A stretch of 64,000 nucleotides of DNA. Source: an uncultured Eubacteriales bacterium. Its GTDB lineage: Bacteria; Bacillota; Clostridia; Oscillospirales; CAG-272. The notes under the pieces were generated by a model. The model ran no database searches. It was not told the origin of the DNA and saw only the letters and a list, made by a program, of their open reading frames with translations. Location of the stretch: contig CAKSZH010000010.1 in assembly GCA_934525675.1 (NCBI GenBank), positions 2,824 to 66,823 of the forward strand, given 5' to 3'. The translations under genes were made by a program, and so were the position numbers. Positions 37,098 through 48,064 of the stretch are shown here, one piece after another (position 1 is the stretch's first letter; every line of letters starts with the position of its first letter).

Positions 37098-37310
37098 ATG
37101 AAAGACGGAATCCATCCCAGCTACGAAAAGTGCATCATCAAGTGCGCGTGCGGCGAAACGGTTGAGACCAGATCCACCAAGGGCGGAGAGATCCGCGTTG
37201 AAATTTGCTCGAAGTGCCATCCGTTCTTCACCGGCAAGCAGAAGTTTGTCGATGTCGGCGGTAAGGTTGATCGGTTCAAGAGAAGACTTGCAGCTTCCCA
37301 GAAGCAGTAA
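37098..37310 (+). CDS. rpmE: 50S ribosomal protein L31 (Zn-ribbon type)
   Basis: MKDGIHPSY...CACGE...[13 protein letters not shown], 70 aa. Confidence 0.95.
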   Translation: MKDGIHPSYEKCIIKCACGETVETRSTKGGEIRVEICSKCHPFFTGKQKFVDVGGKVDRFKRRLAASQKQ

Positions 37311-37333
37311 TTTTTTCGGGGGAACCGGAGCAT

Positions 37334-37369
37334 AGGACAGGTCGTGCTGGGCGCGGTCTGTCCTTTTTC
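37334..37369 (+). terminator. terminator after rpmE
   Basis: aggacag...ctgtcct stem followed by tttt. Confidence 0.65.
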
Positions 37370-37473
37370 GTATGCGCGGGAAACGTGACCGCACGGCGGT
37401 CGGACCTGCGGGCGGTGAAATATCATCCACCGTTGCCCGCATGACGGCAAACGAGAGAAAGGCGGAATTTTTC

Positions 37474-38793
37474 ATGACGGAAACAATTCAGAATAAAAAT
37501 ACCGAAAACAAAATGACCGAGGGAAGCCGCGCGGTGCTGGTAGGCGCCGTCACACAGGGAACGACTACGGACGAAGTGGAAGCCGAACTGGAGGAGCTTT
37601 CGGGACTGCTTGACACCGCAGGCGGAATCGCCGTCGCGCGGGTGATCCAGAACCTGCAAACGCCCGATCCGCGAACCCTGATCGGCTCCGGCAAGGTCAA
37701 AGAAATTGCCGGACTCTGCAAAAACGAGGAGGCAGACCTCGTTGTCTTTGACGTGGAATTGTCTCCTTCGCAGATCAGAAATCTGGAAGAGGAGATCGGC
37801 GGGGATGTCCGCGTGATCGACCGCAGTATGCTGATCCTCGACATTTTCGCGCTCCACGCGACGACGGGCGAGGGCAAAATGCAGGTGGAACTGGCACAGC
37901 TCCAGTACACCGCGCCGCGTCTGACCGGAAACGGTAAAGATCTGTCGCGTCTCGGCGGCGGAATCGGCACGAGAGGCCCCGGCGAATCCAAGCTGGAGAC
38001 CGACCGCCGACACATGAAGCGCCGCATGGAGGCGCTCCGCGCGGAACTGGATGATCTCGAACGCACGAGAAAAACCATGCGTGCTTCGCGGGACAAGAGC
38101 GGCGTTCCAAAAGTCGCCATTGTCGGGTATACCAACGCTGGCAAGTCCACGCTGCTCAACCGACTGACGGGCGCGGGAATCCTCGCGGAGGATAAACTCT
38201 TTGCGACGCTGGACCCGACGACGAGAAAGTACACGCTTCCCGGCGGCGAGCGGATTCTGCTTTCCGACACGGTCGGATTTATCCGCAAACTTCCGCACCA
38301 TCTCATCAAGGCGTTCCGCTCCACACTCGACGAAGCGGTATATGCCGATATCCTTCTCGTTCTCGTGGACGCGTCCGACCCGGAATACCGGGCGCACCTG
38401 AAGGTAACGGAGGAACTGCTTTCCGACCTCGGCGCGGGCGAGAAACCGACGCTGTTCGTCTTCAACAAATGCGACCGGACCAAGGAGCCGCCCGAATGCC
38501 CGTTCCCCAAAACCGAGGGCGTGGAGGTTGCGTATATCTCCGCGGCAACGGGAGAGGGCGTGGACGAAATGATCGCAAAGCTGACAACGCTTCTGCACGA
38601 GGGCAAGAAAAAGATCGTCTTCCGTATTCCCAACGCGGACGCGGGAGCGCTGAACACGCTTTACCGGAACGCAACGGTGGAAACTGTCGAATATACAGAG
38701 GACGGAATGCTTGTCACGGCGACGGTGGACGAAAAGACGCGCGGGATGCTCCGCCGCTTTGATCCGACTTACCCGGAGCCGGAACAATTCTGA
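37474..38793 (+). CDS. hflX: GTPase HflX
   Basis: HflX N-domain, G1 GYTNAGKST, G3 DTVGF, G4 NKCD. Alternative starts are ATG 37441 and 37513. Confidence 0.9.
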   Translation: MTETIQNKNTENKMTEGSRAVLVGAVTQGTTTDEVEAELEELSGLLDTAGGIAVARVIQNLQTPDPRTLIGSGKVKEIAGLCKNEEADLVVFDVELSPSQIRNLEEEIGGDVRVIDRSMLILDIFALHATTGEGKMQVELAQLQYTAPRLTGNGKDLSRLGGGIGTRGPGESKLETDRRHMKRRMEALRAELDDLERTRKTMRASRDKSGVPKVAIVGYTNAGKSTLLNRLTGAGILAEDKLFATLDPTTRKYTLPGGERILLSDTVGFIRKLPHHLIKAFRSTLDEAVYADILLVLVDASDPEYRAHLKVTEELLSDLGAGEKPTLFVFNKCDRTKEPPECPFPKTEGVEVAYISAATGEGVDEMIAKLTTLLHEGKKKIVFRIPNADAGALNTLYRNATVETVEYTEDGMLVTATVDEKTRGMLRRFDPTYPEPEQF

Positions 38794-38980
38794 GTTTCCC
38801 CGATCCGATCGGATACATCCGGATTTCATCCGATCCCGGTCCGGGTTCCTTTGACCCTGTCCCGGTCCGGGTCACCCCCGGTTTTGCCCGGATTTCTTCC
38901 GACCCGGTGTGAGCCGGTTCCGGCTCTGCCGCGAATCCAATCCGAACGAGACCTTCCCACTTCCGAAAGGAGAAAACAAG

Positions 38981-39619
38981 ATGGCGGACGAACAGAAACC
39001 GGAAACCTATACCACGCTCGGCGGCACCGCGGACGCGGAATATGAAGAAAAACGTTCCCTGTTCATCGGGCACGCGTCTCCCGCGCGTACCGAGGACGAG
39101 GCGAACGATTTCATCCGCCGCATGAAGAAGCAGTACGCCGACGCAACGCACAACGTGTCCGCTTATTATATCAAGGATGGAATCTATGCGCGCTACTCGG
39201 ATGACGGGGAGCCGCAGGGAACATCGGGGATGCCGGTGCTCGATGTGATCCGCAAATCGGGGGTCAATGACGCGGTGATCGTGGTGACCCGGTATTTCGG
39301 CGGTACCCTGCTCGGGGCAGGCGGACTGGTACGGGCGTATTCGCACACGGCAAAGCTCGCTATGGAAGCGGCGGGAATCGTGACCTACCAGAAGTACACG
39401 ACCCTGACGCTCACCTGCTCCTATTCGGATTACGGGCGTTATCAGGCGGAGCTTCCGAAGTTCGGCGCCGTCCTTGACGGAACGGATTTTTCCGACCGCG
39501 TGACGCTCTCGTTCGCCGTTCGGGGCACGGTTTTCCCCGCGCTCCGGGACAGAATCCGCGAGATGAGCGGCGGGCGGGACGAGCCGGATGTGACCGGCGA
39601 GCGGTACGATTACAGATAA
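38981..39619 (+). CDS. yigZ: YigZ/IMPACT (UPF0029) family protein
   Basis: KRSLFIGHA..., DDGEPQGTSGMPVLDV and VVTRYFGGTLLGAGGLVRAY motifs. ATG 38981 follows aaaggagaaaac. Confidence 0.85.
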   Translation: MADEQKPETYTTLGGTADAEYEEKRSLFIGHASPARTEDEANDFIRRMKKQYADATHNVSAYYIKDGIYARYSDDGEPQGTSGMPVLDVIRKSGVNDAVIVVTRYFGGTLLGAGGLVRAYSHTAKLAMEAAGIVTYQKYTTLTLTCSYSDYGRYQAELPKFGAVLDGTDFSDRVTLSFAVRGTVFPALRDRIREMSGGRDEPDVTGERYDYR

Positions 39620-39748
39620 ACCCGCACGGCGGGAATGATACACAAACCTGCACGGAACGCGGGGAGAAACGGACTCGACGACACGATGACCGCAACCGAA
39701 CCCGAAATGATACAAACCTGCACGGGATGTGCGGAGAACGGAGGCGGA

Positions 39749-40225
39749 ATGGACCTGACTTTTCCGACCGACACGGGGAAAGTCAATTATCGTGTGGCGG
39801 CGCTGATGCTCCGGGAGAACCGGGTTCTTGCGATGAAAGACGACCGTTCGCCGTACTTTTACCTGCCGGGCGGCAGGGTACATATGGGTGAAGCGGCGGA
39901 GGATGCAATACTGCGCGAGCTGTCCGAGGAGCTTGGCGGCGACCGCTCCTTCCGGATTATTCGCCCGGTCTTTCTCGTGCAGCCCTTTTTTACGGACGAT
40001 ACGGACGGTGTGCCGTATCATGAGCTGTGCCTGTATTTTCTGATTGATTTCCGGGAAGCCGACTTTCCGGAGGGACAGTTTACCGGTCGGGAGGGGAATC
40101 GGGTTCACACGTTCCGTTGGCTGGCATCCGACCGCCTCGGCGAGGAGTATTTTTATCCGACCTTCCTGCAGAATGAACTTTCCCGACTGCCGGATACGCT
40201 GACCCTGTGTACCGAGCGCGGGTAA
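39749..40225 (+). CDS. NUDIX hydrolase
   Basis: Nudix box GGRVHMGEAAEDAILRELSEELG. ATG 39749 follows acggaggcgga and is in frame with ORF 39635..40225. Confidence 0.8.
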   Translation: MDLTFPTDTGKVNYRVAALMLRENRVLAMKDDRSPYFYLPGGRVHMGEAAEDAILRELSEELGGDRSFRIIRPVFLVQPFFTDDTDGVPYHELCLYFLIDFREADFPEGQFTGREGNRVHTFRWLASDRLGEEYFYPTFLQNELSRLPDTLTLCTERG

Positions 40226-40315
40226 GTGCAGACACCGCGACAGAGCGTCGCCGGACGGGACACCCGCACCTGAACAATTTCCGTTTTCCCGGATATCCGG
40301 ATGGGCACGGTATAG

Positions 40316-40346
40316 AGCACCGACAGTTTCTGCCGGTGCTTTTTTA
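40316..40346 (+). terminator. terminator after NUDIX gene
   Basis: agcaccgacag-ttt-ctgccggtgct (one mismatch) followed by ttttt. Confidence 0.7.
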
Positions 40347-40605
40347 TGCAAAGTATGTTTTTCGGGGGGCTTGCCGGGGACTTTCCGCAACGTGCTTGCG
40401 GGTTACCGGGTTTGTCGGCGGACGCGATCGGTGCCTTAGAGCGTGTGCTACGGCTTTTTTGCTTCGCTTCCCGGAATTTTTGCCCGATTTTCTGAAAAAA
40501 TCAAAATTTTTTCGCAGAAAAAAAGGATTTTGCGATTTTTTTGCGTATCTTATAAGTGTAAAGGCTTTTCGGAATGTGTTTTTTGGGGGGAGGTGACCGG
40601 CTGTC

Positions 40606-41616
40606 GTGGGAAATATCTGTGACGTGTTTTTGGAGCGGGAAAAAGAGTATCTTTCTCCCTATGCGTTTCTGACCTGTAACACGCGGGGCAGGGACAAGCC
40701 ATACGTCCCCTGTACCAACCGGACGGAGTTTCAGCGCGACCGCGACCGCATCATCCACTCCTCGTCCTTCCGCCGGCTGATGAACAAGACCCAGGTGTTT
40801 CTGGCACCCGCGGGGGATCACTATCGTACCCGGCTGACGCACACACTGGAGGTCACGCAGATCGCGCGGATCATCGCGCGCGCGCTCCGGCTCAACGAAG
40901 ACCTCACCGAAGCGGCGGCGCTCGGGCATGACCTCGGGCATACCCCGTTCGGACATGCGGGCGAGGAAGCCATGCAGCACCTCTATTCGCCGGATTTCAC
41001 CCACTACAAGCAGAGTCTGCGCGTGGTGGAAAAGCTGGAGAAGGACGGCGAGGGGCTCAACCTGACGTGGGAGGTGCGGGACGGCATTCTCAACCACCAG
41101 GGGTCACATATGGCGTCCACCCTGGAAGGTGTGATCGTCAAGTTTGCCGACCGCATTGCGTACATCAACCATGACATCGACGATGCCTGCCGCGCGGGGA
41201 TCTTAACGGTGGAGGACATCCCGAAGGAACTGCGCGACGTGCTCGGGAACGGGCACAGCGAGCGTATCAATACCATGGTGACCTCGGTCATCGAAGCGAG
41301 TACCAATCAGCCGCAGATTGCCATGACCCCGAAGGTACAGGACGCGACGGACAAACTCCGCGAGTTTCTGTTCCGGAGAGTGTATCACGACTCCGCGGCA
41401 AAGTCCGAGGATGTCAAGGCAAAGGCTCTGCTCGGCAGACTGTTTGAATATTATGTCGCGCATCCCGAAGAAATGGAAGGAATCTACCGGCGGGAACTGG
41501 AATGGGAACCGGTGGAACGCTGTGTGTGCGATTTCGTGTCGGGCATGACCGACCGGTACGCCATCGCAACCTTCAACGAGCTGTTCATTCCCAAGATCTG
41601 GAGGGACCGCAATTGA
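40606..41616 (+). CDS. dgt: dGTP triphosphohydrolase-like HD-domain protein
   Basis: TRLTHTLEVTQIARIIA and GHDLGHTPFGHAGE HD motifs. Located upstream of dnaG-sigA. GTG start is approximate. Confidence 0.85.
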   Translation: MGNICDVFLEREKEYLSPYAFLTCNTRGRDKPYVPCTNRTEFQRDRDRIIHSSSFRRLMNKTQVFLAPAGDHYRTRLTHTLEVTQIARIIARALRLNEDLTEAAALGHDLGHTPFGHAGEEAMQHLYSPDFTHYKQSLRVVEKLEKDGEGLNLTWEVRDGILNHQGSHMASTLEGVIVKFADRIAYINHDIDDACRAGILTVEDIPKELRDVLGNGHSERINTMVTSVIEASTNQPQIAMTPKVQDATDKLREFLFRRVYHDSAAKSEDVKAKALLGRLFEYYVAHPEEMEGIYRRELEWEPVERCVCDFVSGMTDRYAIATFNELFIPKIWRDRN

Positions 41617-43403
41617 TCCCAAGAGAGATTATTGAAGAGATCCGCGACCGGAGCGACATCGAAGAGGTCATCGGCTCCTATGTGCGCCTCAAGCGCGCCG
41701 GATCGAATTTTAGCGGGCTTTGCCCGTTTCACAGCGAGAAATCGCCGTCGTTTACCGTGTTCCCGGCAACGAGGAGCTTTTACTGCTTCGGCTGCGGCGC
41801 GGGCGGCGATGTCATCACCTTCATCATGAAGGCGGAAAACCTCGATTACCCCGATGCCGTGGAATTTCTTGCGAACCGCGTCGGTGTCCGCATCCCGGAG
41901 GATGGTAGCGGACGTGGCGGCGCTGGCATTGAGCGCAAGCGGTTCTTTGAAATGAACCGCGAGGCGGCGAAGTTTTTCCATGCCTGCCTGCTCGATCCCA
42001 CCATCGGCGCGGAAGGACTGCGGTATTTCCGCGAGGAGAGAAAGCTCTCCATGGCGACGGTCAATCATTTCGGGCTCGGGTACGCGCCGAACGATTTCGG
42101 CATGCTCCGGCAGTACCTCGGAAATAAGGGTTTCACCGATGAGGAACTGATTACCGGGTTCCTTTGCGGCAGAAGCAAAAAAACGGGAAAGCCGTTCGAT
42201 TACTTCCGTAACCGTGTGATCTTCCCGATCATCGACGTGTCCGGAAACGTCATCGCCTTCGGCGGACGCGTGATGGACGATTCCAAGCCCAAGTACCTGA
42301 ACTCCTCGGATACCCCGGTGTTCAAGAAAAGCCGCAACCTGTTCGCGTTCAACTTTGCGCGCAAGCATTGCGCCGAAACCATGATCCTCTGCGAGGGGTA
42401 CATGGACGTGATCGCCCTGCACGCCGCCGGCTTTGAAAACGCGGTGGCAACGCTCGGTACCGCAATCACTGAGGAGCAGGCAAGACTGTTTGCCAAGAAT
42501 ACCAAAAAAGTCATCATCACTTATGACAGCGACGCGCCGGGGCAGACCGCGGCAAACCGTGCCCTGCGTCTCCTTGACGATGTCGGCGTTGCGGTGCGCG
42601 TGCTCAAATTGCAGGGCGCCAAGGACCCCGACGAATTCATCAAGAAATTCGGCGCGGACAAGTTCCGGCAGGTTCTGGAGGGAAGCCGCACCGAATTTGA
42701 ATACCGCCTTGACACCGTGCTCGGCAAATACAACGTTTCCGAGCCGGAGGGAAAGATCCGCGCGGCAAACGAGCTTTGCCAGCATATTGCGAATTTTTCG
42801 TCCCCCGTGGAACGCGAGGTATATATCGGGCAGGTCGCGGAAAAACTTGGATTGACTTCCGATGTGCTCAAAGCAAGCGTTGACCGGAATGTCAAGGCAA
42901 AGTACAAGGAATTCCGGGAAAGGGAAAGCAGAAATCTTCAGATGTCCGCGCTCAATATCGGCGACCGCGTCAACCCCGACGCGGCAAAGAATCTGCGCGC
43001 CGCCTCCGCGGAGGAAGCGGTTCTCGGTTTGCTTTTACTCTACCCGGAGTACCGCGACAGCGTCGTGTCCGGCAAACGCGTATTGACCGAGGACGATTTC
43101 TTCACCGCGTTTGGCAAGCGTGTCTTTGCCCGGATTATGGAGCTGTGCCGGGAGGCGGGCGGATATTCCGACGTGTCCCTCGGCGAGACCTTCAACCCGG
43201 ACGAAATGGGACGCATTCAGCGCATGATCCGCAGCCGCGCCGCGCTTTCGGAAAACGGGAGCGAGGTATTTGACGCGGCGATCGCGCTGCTCCGTGGCGA
43301 GCGGCAGAAGCGGGAGGAAGCCGAGAGCGGCGACCTTGCGTCCGCCATCGCGCGGTTACGTAAAAAATCACAGAATCAGGATACGGATAAACAACCTACA
43401 TAA
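41613..43403 (+). CDS. dnaG: DNA primase DnaG
   Basis: Zn finger [22 protein letters not shown] and Toprim [10 protein letters not shown]...YDSDAPG. TTG 41613 follows ggaggga and overlaps the dgt stop (TTGA). Confidence 0.93.
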   Translation: MIPREIIEEIRDRSDIEEVIGSYVRLKRAGSNFSGLCPFHSEKSPSFTVFPATRSFYCFGCGAGGDVITFIMKAENLDYPDAVEFLANRVGVRIPEDGSGRGGAGIERKRFFEMNREAAKFFHACLLDPTIGAEGLRYFREERKLSMATVNHFGLGYAPNDFGMLRQYLGNKGFTDEELITGFLCGRSKKTGKPFDYFRNRVIFPIIDVSGNVIAFGGRVMDDSKPKYLNSSDTPVFKKSRNLFAFNFARKHCAETMILCEGYMDVIALHAAGFENAVATLGTAITEEQARLFAKNTKKVIITYDSDAPGQTAANRALRLLDDVGVAVRVLKLQGAKDPDEFIKKFGADKFRQVLEGSRTEFEYRLDTVLGKYNVSEPEGKIRAANELCQHIANFSSPVEREVYIGQVAEKLGLTSDVLKASVDRNVKAKYKEFRERESRNLQMSALNIGDRVNPDAAKNLRAASAEEAVLGLLLLYPEYRDSVVSGKRVLTEDDFFTAFGKRVFARIMELCREAGGYSDVSLGETFNPDEMGRIQRMIRSRAALSENGSEVFDAAIALLRGERQKREEAESGDLASAIARLRKKSQNQDTDKQPT

Positions 43404-43420
43404 ACGGAAAGGGAAAACCA

Positions 43421-44707
43421 ATGAGTGTAAAGAAGCAGGATATGCTGACCGAAGAGGATCGCGACGAGAGCGTCGTCCGCGAGGAAAACGAAGAGGCGGA
43501 GATCGCCGCAGAGAACCGCGCGCTTGACGGTGAGGACCGCGACGGAGGAAACGACGCGGACACGGATGTCCGGGAAGACCGCGAAGAGAGTGCCGGAGAA
43601 GACACCCCCGCAGAGAAGGAAGAGAAAAAGGTCGATGTGGAGTCGCTGATCGAAAAGGGCAAGAAGGGCAACCTTTCCCCCGACGATCTGGACGAAGCCA
43701 TCCAGGAGATGGACTACGACGTGGACAGCATCGACAAGCTGTACGAGCGGCTGGAGGACAACGGCATCGTCGTGACCGACAACGCGATCTCCAATGCGGA
43801 AATGAACGAAATCGAGTCCGAGGTCGAGAATTTCGGCGGCGGCGAAAATATGGAGCGGATTCTCGAACAGGAAGGTCTCTCCATTGACGACCCCGTGCGC
43901 CTTTACCTCAAGGAGATCGGCAGAGTTCCGCTGCTCAAGGGCGACGAAGAACTGGAGCTTGCCAAGCGCATGATGGAAGGCGACGAGGAAGCGAAGAACA
44001 AGCTGGTCGAAGCCAACCTCCGTCTCGTGGTCAGTATTGCCAAGCGGTACGTCGGGCGCGGCATGTTCTTCCTCGACCTGATTCAGGAGGGCAACCTCGG
44101 TCTGATGAAAGCGGTTGATAAATTCGACTATACCAAGGGCTACAAGTTCTCCACTTATGCCACGTGGTGGATCCGTCAGGCAATCACGAGAGCCATCGCG
44201 GATCAGGCGAGAACCATCCGTATCCCCGTACACATGGTGGAAACCATCCATAAGGTGTCCCGTTATTCCCGTCAGATGCTCCAGGAGCTCGGACGTGAGC
44301 CTACTCCGGAGGAGATCGGCGAGAAGATGGGCATGGGAGCGGACAAGATCCGCGAGATTCTCAAGATCGCGCAGGACCCCGTGTCCCTGGAAACTCCGAT
44401 CGGTGAGGAGGAGGACAGCCACCTCGGCGACTTCATTCCCGATGAGGATACTCCCGCTCCCGCGGATGCCGCGTCGGCAACCATTCTCCGCGAGGTCATC
44501 GAGCGCGAGCTGCACACCCTGACGCCGCGGGAAGAGCACGTTATCAAGCTGCGTTTCGGGCTTTACGACGGCAGATCCCGCACGCTGGAGGAGGTCGGCA
44601 AGGAGTTCAACATCACGCGTGAGCGTATCCGTCAGATCGAGGCGAAGGCGCTCCGCAAACTGCGTCACCCGAGCCGTGCGCGCCATCTGCGCGGATTCTT
44701 AGATTAA
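43421..44707 (+). CDS. sigA: primary RNA polymerase sigma factor SigA/RpoD
   Basis: Acidic N-terminus, region 2.4 [19 protein letters not shown] and region 4.2 [20 protein letters not shown]. Confidence 0.96.
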   Translation: MSVKKQDMLTEEDRDESVVREENEEAEIAAENRALDGEDRDGGNDADTDVREDREESAGEDTPAEKEEKKVDVESLIEKGKKGNLSPDDLDEAIQEMDYDVDSIDKLYERLEDNGIVVTDNAISNAEMNEIESEVENFGGGENMERILEQEGLSIDDPVRLYLKEIGRVPLLKGDEELELAKRMMEGDEEAKNKLVEANLRLVVSIAKRYVGRGMFFLDLIQEGNLGLMKAVDKFDYTKGYKFSTYATWWIRQAITRAIADQARTIRIPVHMVETIHKVSRYSRQMLQELGREPTPEEIGEKMGMGADKIREILKIAQDPVSLETPIGEEEDSHLGDFIPDEDTPAPADAASATILREVIERELHTLTPREEHVIKLRFGLYDGRSRTLEEVGKEFNITRERIRQIEAKALRKLRHPSRARHLRGFLD

Positions 44708-44863
44708 GATTTGTAAAAAAAATATGACGTACCGCGACCTGTTTTTGTGACATTCACAAAAAACGGATTTTCCCTTTTGGGCATATTGCCGCCTAATTGT
44801 GAACGCTGGGTTACGAACTGTTTTTCCCCGCTCCGGCAACCGCCGGAGCGGGGAAAATCTGTC

Positions 44864-44892
44864 TTGACAGGGCGGGGGAAAAGTTGTAAAAT
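44864..44892 (+). promoter_or_regulatory. sigma-A-type promoter of large lipoprotein gene
   Basis: TTGACA - 17 nt - TAAAAT. Confidence 0.55.
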
Positions 44893-44952
44893 ATAATACA
44901 GATTGATATATCTGTCCGGTATCGCGGACGGGAACGGGAGGACCGTGTAACC

Positions 44953-47232
44953 ATGAGAAAAAGGCTTTTATGTATCCTGCTTGCCGCAGTGATGCTTTTG
45001 TCCGCCGCGGCTTTGTCCGGCTGTGCCGGCACAACCGGTGATGCCAAGGGCAATATCAGCAAAGATGCGTCCGAGAACGCGGTGACGCTTGTCATGTGGC
45101 TGGTGACCAACGACACCACAACCCCCGAAGCGGTCGAAAACGTACAGGCGGCGATCAATAAGATCACGCAGGACAAATTCAAGATCCGCCTGTTGCTCAA
45201 GTATTACACCGAGGACGAATACTATCAGAAGCTGGAGGACGCGTTCCGCTATCAGGAGAGCAACGGTACCGAGGGCGGCAATGACGACGATAAGGAAAAC
45301 GAGACCGTCGTCAACGATTACGGCTTCACCGAGATCAAGTATCCCGACCCCACCCCGAATCAGGTAGACATCGTGTATTTCGCGGGTTATGACCGCTATG
45401 TTTCCTACAGCCCGTATCTTGCCGCGCTTGACAATATGCTGGAAGATCAGGGCATGAAGATGACCAAGTATATCTCCTCTTCCTACCTGGAAGGCGTCAA
45501 GCTGAACGGCACGACCTATGCGATTCCGAACTACAATGTTGCCGGCAAGTACAAATATATGCTCATCGACCGTGAGCTTTACGACAAGTATTATCAGCTG
45601 ACTCCTCTCAACGAGATCCGCACGGTCTTCGATCTGGAACCCTTCATTCACCGCGTCAATGACTATGAGGATGTCCTCCCCATCGATGCGGATTTTGAGG
45701 AACTCAAGAGCCAGCTTGCGTTTTTCTGGTCGGTCAACCCCGACAATCTGGAGGTGACCTCCGATTTCAGTCTGGTCGGGTATACCTACACCGATTACAG
45801 CCTGCTCAACCGTGGCGAGACGCTGATGAGTTTCCAGAATCTTTTTGAAAACGACACCTTTACCAAGAACTTCAGAACGCTCATGGAGTATAAGCTCGAC
45901 TCCTGCTTCGGTACGGCTACGGAAGGCGACCGTGCGGCGGTATCGTTTGTGACCGGCAACGCGTCCACGCTCCGCAAATGCGGTGCGGTGATTGTCAATG
46001 AAGATACCGATCCCGAAGCGCTTTACAGAGACCTCAAGGGCGATGAGAGCGTCAGGTATTACGCCGTTGCCGTCGGTTATCCGACTCTGGAGGAGACGGA
46101 TCTGTTCGGCGATCTGTTCGGTATCTGCCGTTATTCCGCTTCCACCAAGAAGAGCATGACTGTGCTCAATGAACTGAATACCAATCCCTCCCTCCGCAAT
46201 CTGCTCCAGTACGGTGTGGAAGGCACCAACTACACTTTGACCGACAAGGGACAGGTACATATGCTGAACGACAGTTACAGCATGGATCTGGAAAAAACGG
46301 GCAACGTCATGATCGCATACACCTATGAGGGAACCGATCTGACGTGGTATGATTCGGCACTGAAACAGAACCGCGATACGGTCGTACATCCGCTCTATCA
46401 GTTCTCCTTCTACCTGAACGATACCGCGGTCTCCAAGGATTATTCCTTCATGGAGTATGTGTCTGTGCCCGAAGAGGATCAGGCAAACTGGAGCGTGGCG
46501 CACACAAAGTATTACACCTTCGAGGAAACCGGGAAAGGTGTGGGCGAGTATACCCAGGCGACCGAAGAGTATGACGACATGAAGGATTACTACAGCTGGG
46601 AAGCCTCGTACCGCAAGTACGTGTACATCGACGCCGAGGGGCACCGCAGATCCGCTACCGCAGTCTACGACCCGACGGTGACTTACTACACGGATTCCAT
46701 GGAGCTGACGCCGATCGACGACGCATTCATGACGGAAGTCTCCCTCTCCTCCGACGACGAGGAAACCAAGGGAAGCAAGTGGGATCCCTCCAAGTACTAT
46801 GTATTTGATGAGGATACCAAGGCGTATGTCAAGGCAACGGGCGAGTTTGACGAGGATACGGTGTATTACAGCTGGACCCTGACCCGCAGTCTGTACGTCA
46901 TCAAGGACGCGGACGGAAATTACCGCCAGAGCCCCGAAAAATTCGATCCGACGCTCACCTATTATAAGGCAACCATGGACATGGATCTGGTGCGGAGCAT
47001 TTACGAGTGGTCCGCCGAGGCGTGGAACTCCTTCATGGAATGTACCACGCTGGAGAAGGTCGATCAGCTGATTACCTCCTGCTTGTCCAAGTACAGAGCA
47101 CTGACCAACCATATCATGAGCAAGGCAACGGATCTGAGTTACAAGCCCGCCGATGGCGTGACCGATTCCGGGCTCAGCGCTCCGTACAAAATTTATTACG
47201 AATGGGCAAAGAACAACCACTACATTCCGTAA
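44953..47232 (+). CDS. large lipoprotein, extracellular solute-binding-protein-like N-terminal part with repeat-containing C-terminal extension
   Basis: Lipobox LSAAALSGC. The N-terminal ~450 aa resemble family-1 ABC substrate-binding proteins (VTLVMWL..., AFFWSVNPDN). No permease or ATPase genes are adjacent. Confidence 0.6.
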   Translation: MRKRLLCILLAAVMLLSAAALSGCAGTTGDAKGNISKDASENAVTLVMWLVTNDTTTPEAVENVQAAINKITQDKFKIRLLLKYYTEDEYYQKLEDAFRYQESNGTEGGNDDDKENETVVNDYGFTEIKYPDPTPNQVDIVYFAGYDRYVSYSPYLAALDNMLEDQGMKMTKYISSSYLEGVKLNGTTYAIPNYNVAGKYKYMLIDRELYDKYYQLTPLNEIRTVFDLEPFIHRVNDYEDVLPIDADFEELKSQLAFFWSVNPDNLEVTSDFSLVGYTYTDYSLLNRGETLMSFQNLFENDTFTKNFRTLMEYKLDSCFGTATEGDRAAVSFVTGNASTLRKCGAVIVNEDTDPEALYRDLKGDESVRYYAVAVGYPTLEETDLFGDLFGICRYSASTKKSMTVLNELNTNPSLRNLLQYGVEGTNYTLTDKGQVHMLNDSYSMDLEKTGNVMIAYTYEGTDLTWYDSALKQNRDTVVHPLYQFSFYLNDTAVSKDYSFMEYVSVPEEDQANWSVAHTKYYTFEETGKGVGEYTQATEEYDDMKDYYSWEASYRKYVYIDAEGHRRSATAVYDPTVTYYTDSMELTPIDDAFMTEVSLSSDDEETKGSKWDPSKYYVFDEDTKAYVKATGEFDEDTVYYSWTLTRSLYVIKDADGNYRQSPEKFDPTLTYYKATMDMDLVRSIYEWSAEAWNSFMECTTLEKVDQLITSCLSKYRALTNHIMSKATDLSYKPADGVTDSGLSAPYKIYYEWAKNNHYIP

Positions 47233-47304
47233 CGGAATGACGGATCAGCCGGGATGGAAACATTCCGGCTTTTCCTGTTTCAAAAAAGACTGTGAGGGGA
47301 AGAT

Positions 47305-47946
47305 ATGACCTATACCGATCTGATCTGGGACTTCAACGGTACTCTGTACGACGACGTGCAGGCGTGCCTTGACAGCATTGATACACTGCTTGTCCGGTAC
47401 GGCAAACCGCCGCTCGGTACCAAGGAACGGTACCGCGAGGTATTCGGTTTTCCCATTGAGGAGTATTACCGCCGCGCCGGATTTGATTTTGATGAGGCGC
47501 CGTTTGAAAAGCTCGCACACGAGTGGGTGGAACTGTACTTTACAAACAGCATCCATTCCGGACTGTATCCCGGTGCCGGGGATGCGCTTGGAGCGTTCCG
47601 TTCCATGGGATACCGCCATACGCTGCTTTCGGCAACCGAACTCGGAATGCTGCAAGGGCAGGTGGGGGCGCTCGGCATTGGCGGATACTTTGACAAAATA
47701 CTGGGACGCGGCGACATTTACGCGCACAGCAAGACCGAACTCGGACGGATGTGGAAGAAACAGCACCCCGACCGCCGCCCGCTCTTTATCGGGGATACCG
47801 TACACGACGCGGAGACTGCCGACGCCATGGGGGCAGACTGTGTGCTGATTGCCGCGGGGCATCAGTCTGGGCAGGTGCTTCTTGCCACGGGAAAGCCGGT
47901 GCTCGACAGCATTCGGGAACTTGTTCCGTTTGTCGGCGCGACCTGA
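47305..47946 (+). CDS. HAD-superfamily hydrolase (phosphoglycolate phosphatase-like)
   Basis: Motif I variant LIWDFNGTLYDD (Asn replaces the second Asp) and motif IV FIGDTVHDAETA. Confidence 0.7.
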   Translation: MTYTDLIWDFNGTLYDDVQACLDSIDTLLVRYGKPPLGTKERYREVFGFPIEEYYRRAGFDFDEAPFEKLAHEWVELYFTNSIHSGLYPGAGDALGAFRSMGYRHTLLSATELGMLQGQVGALGIGGYFDKILGRGDIYAHSKTELGRMWKKQHPDRRPLFIGDTVHDAETADAMGADCVLIAAGHQSGQVLLATGKPVLDSIRELVPFVGAT

Positions 47947-47988
47947 TTTTTGTCCATGTGAAATTTCCCGCGGATTTGCGGGAAAATC

Positions 47989-48017
47989 TTGAAATCTTTT
48001 CGGGTTTGGTGTACAAT
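47989..48017 (+). promoter_or_regulatory. sigma-A-type promoter of M16 peptidase pair
   Basis: TTGAAA - 17 nt - TACAAT. Confidence 0.5.
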
Positions 48018-48064
48018 ATAAAGGATTATATGGGCGTTACAGCCGGGAAGCGGGGTGAGTGGTC

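Noticed and set aside
35316-37310. spoIIGA-sigE is followed by rpmE rather than sigG.
   Set aside because: The gene order spoIIGA-sigE-sigG is common but not universal in Clostridia. The absence of sigG from this window says nothing about its absence from the genome.
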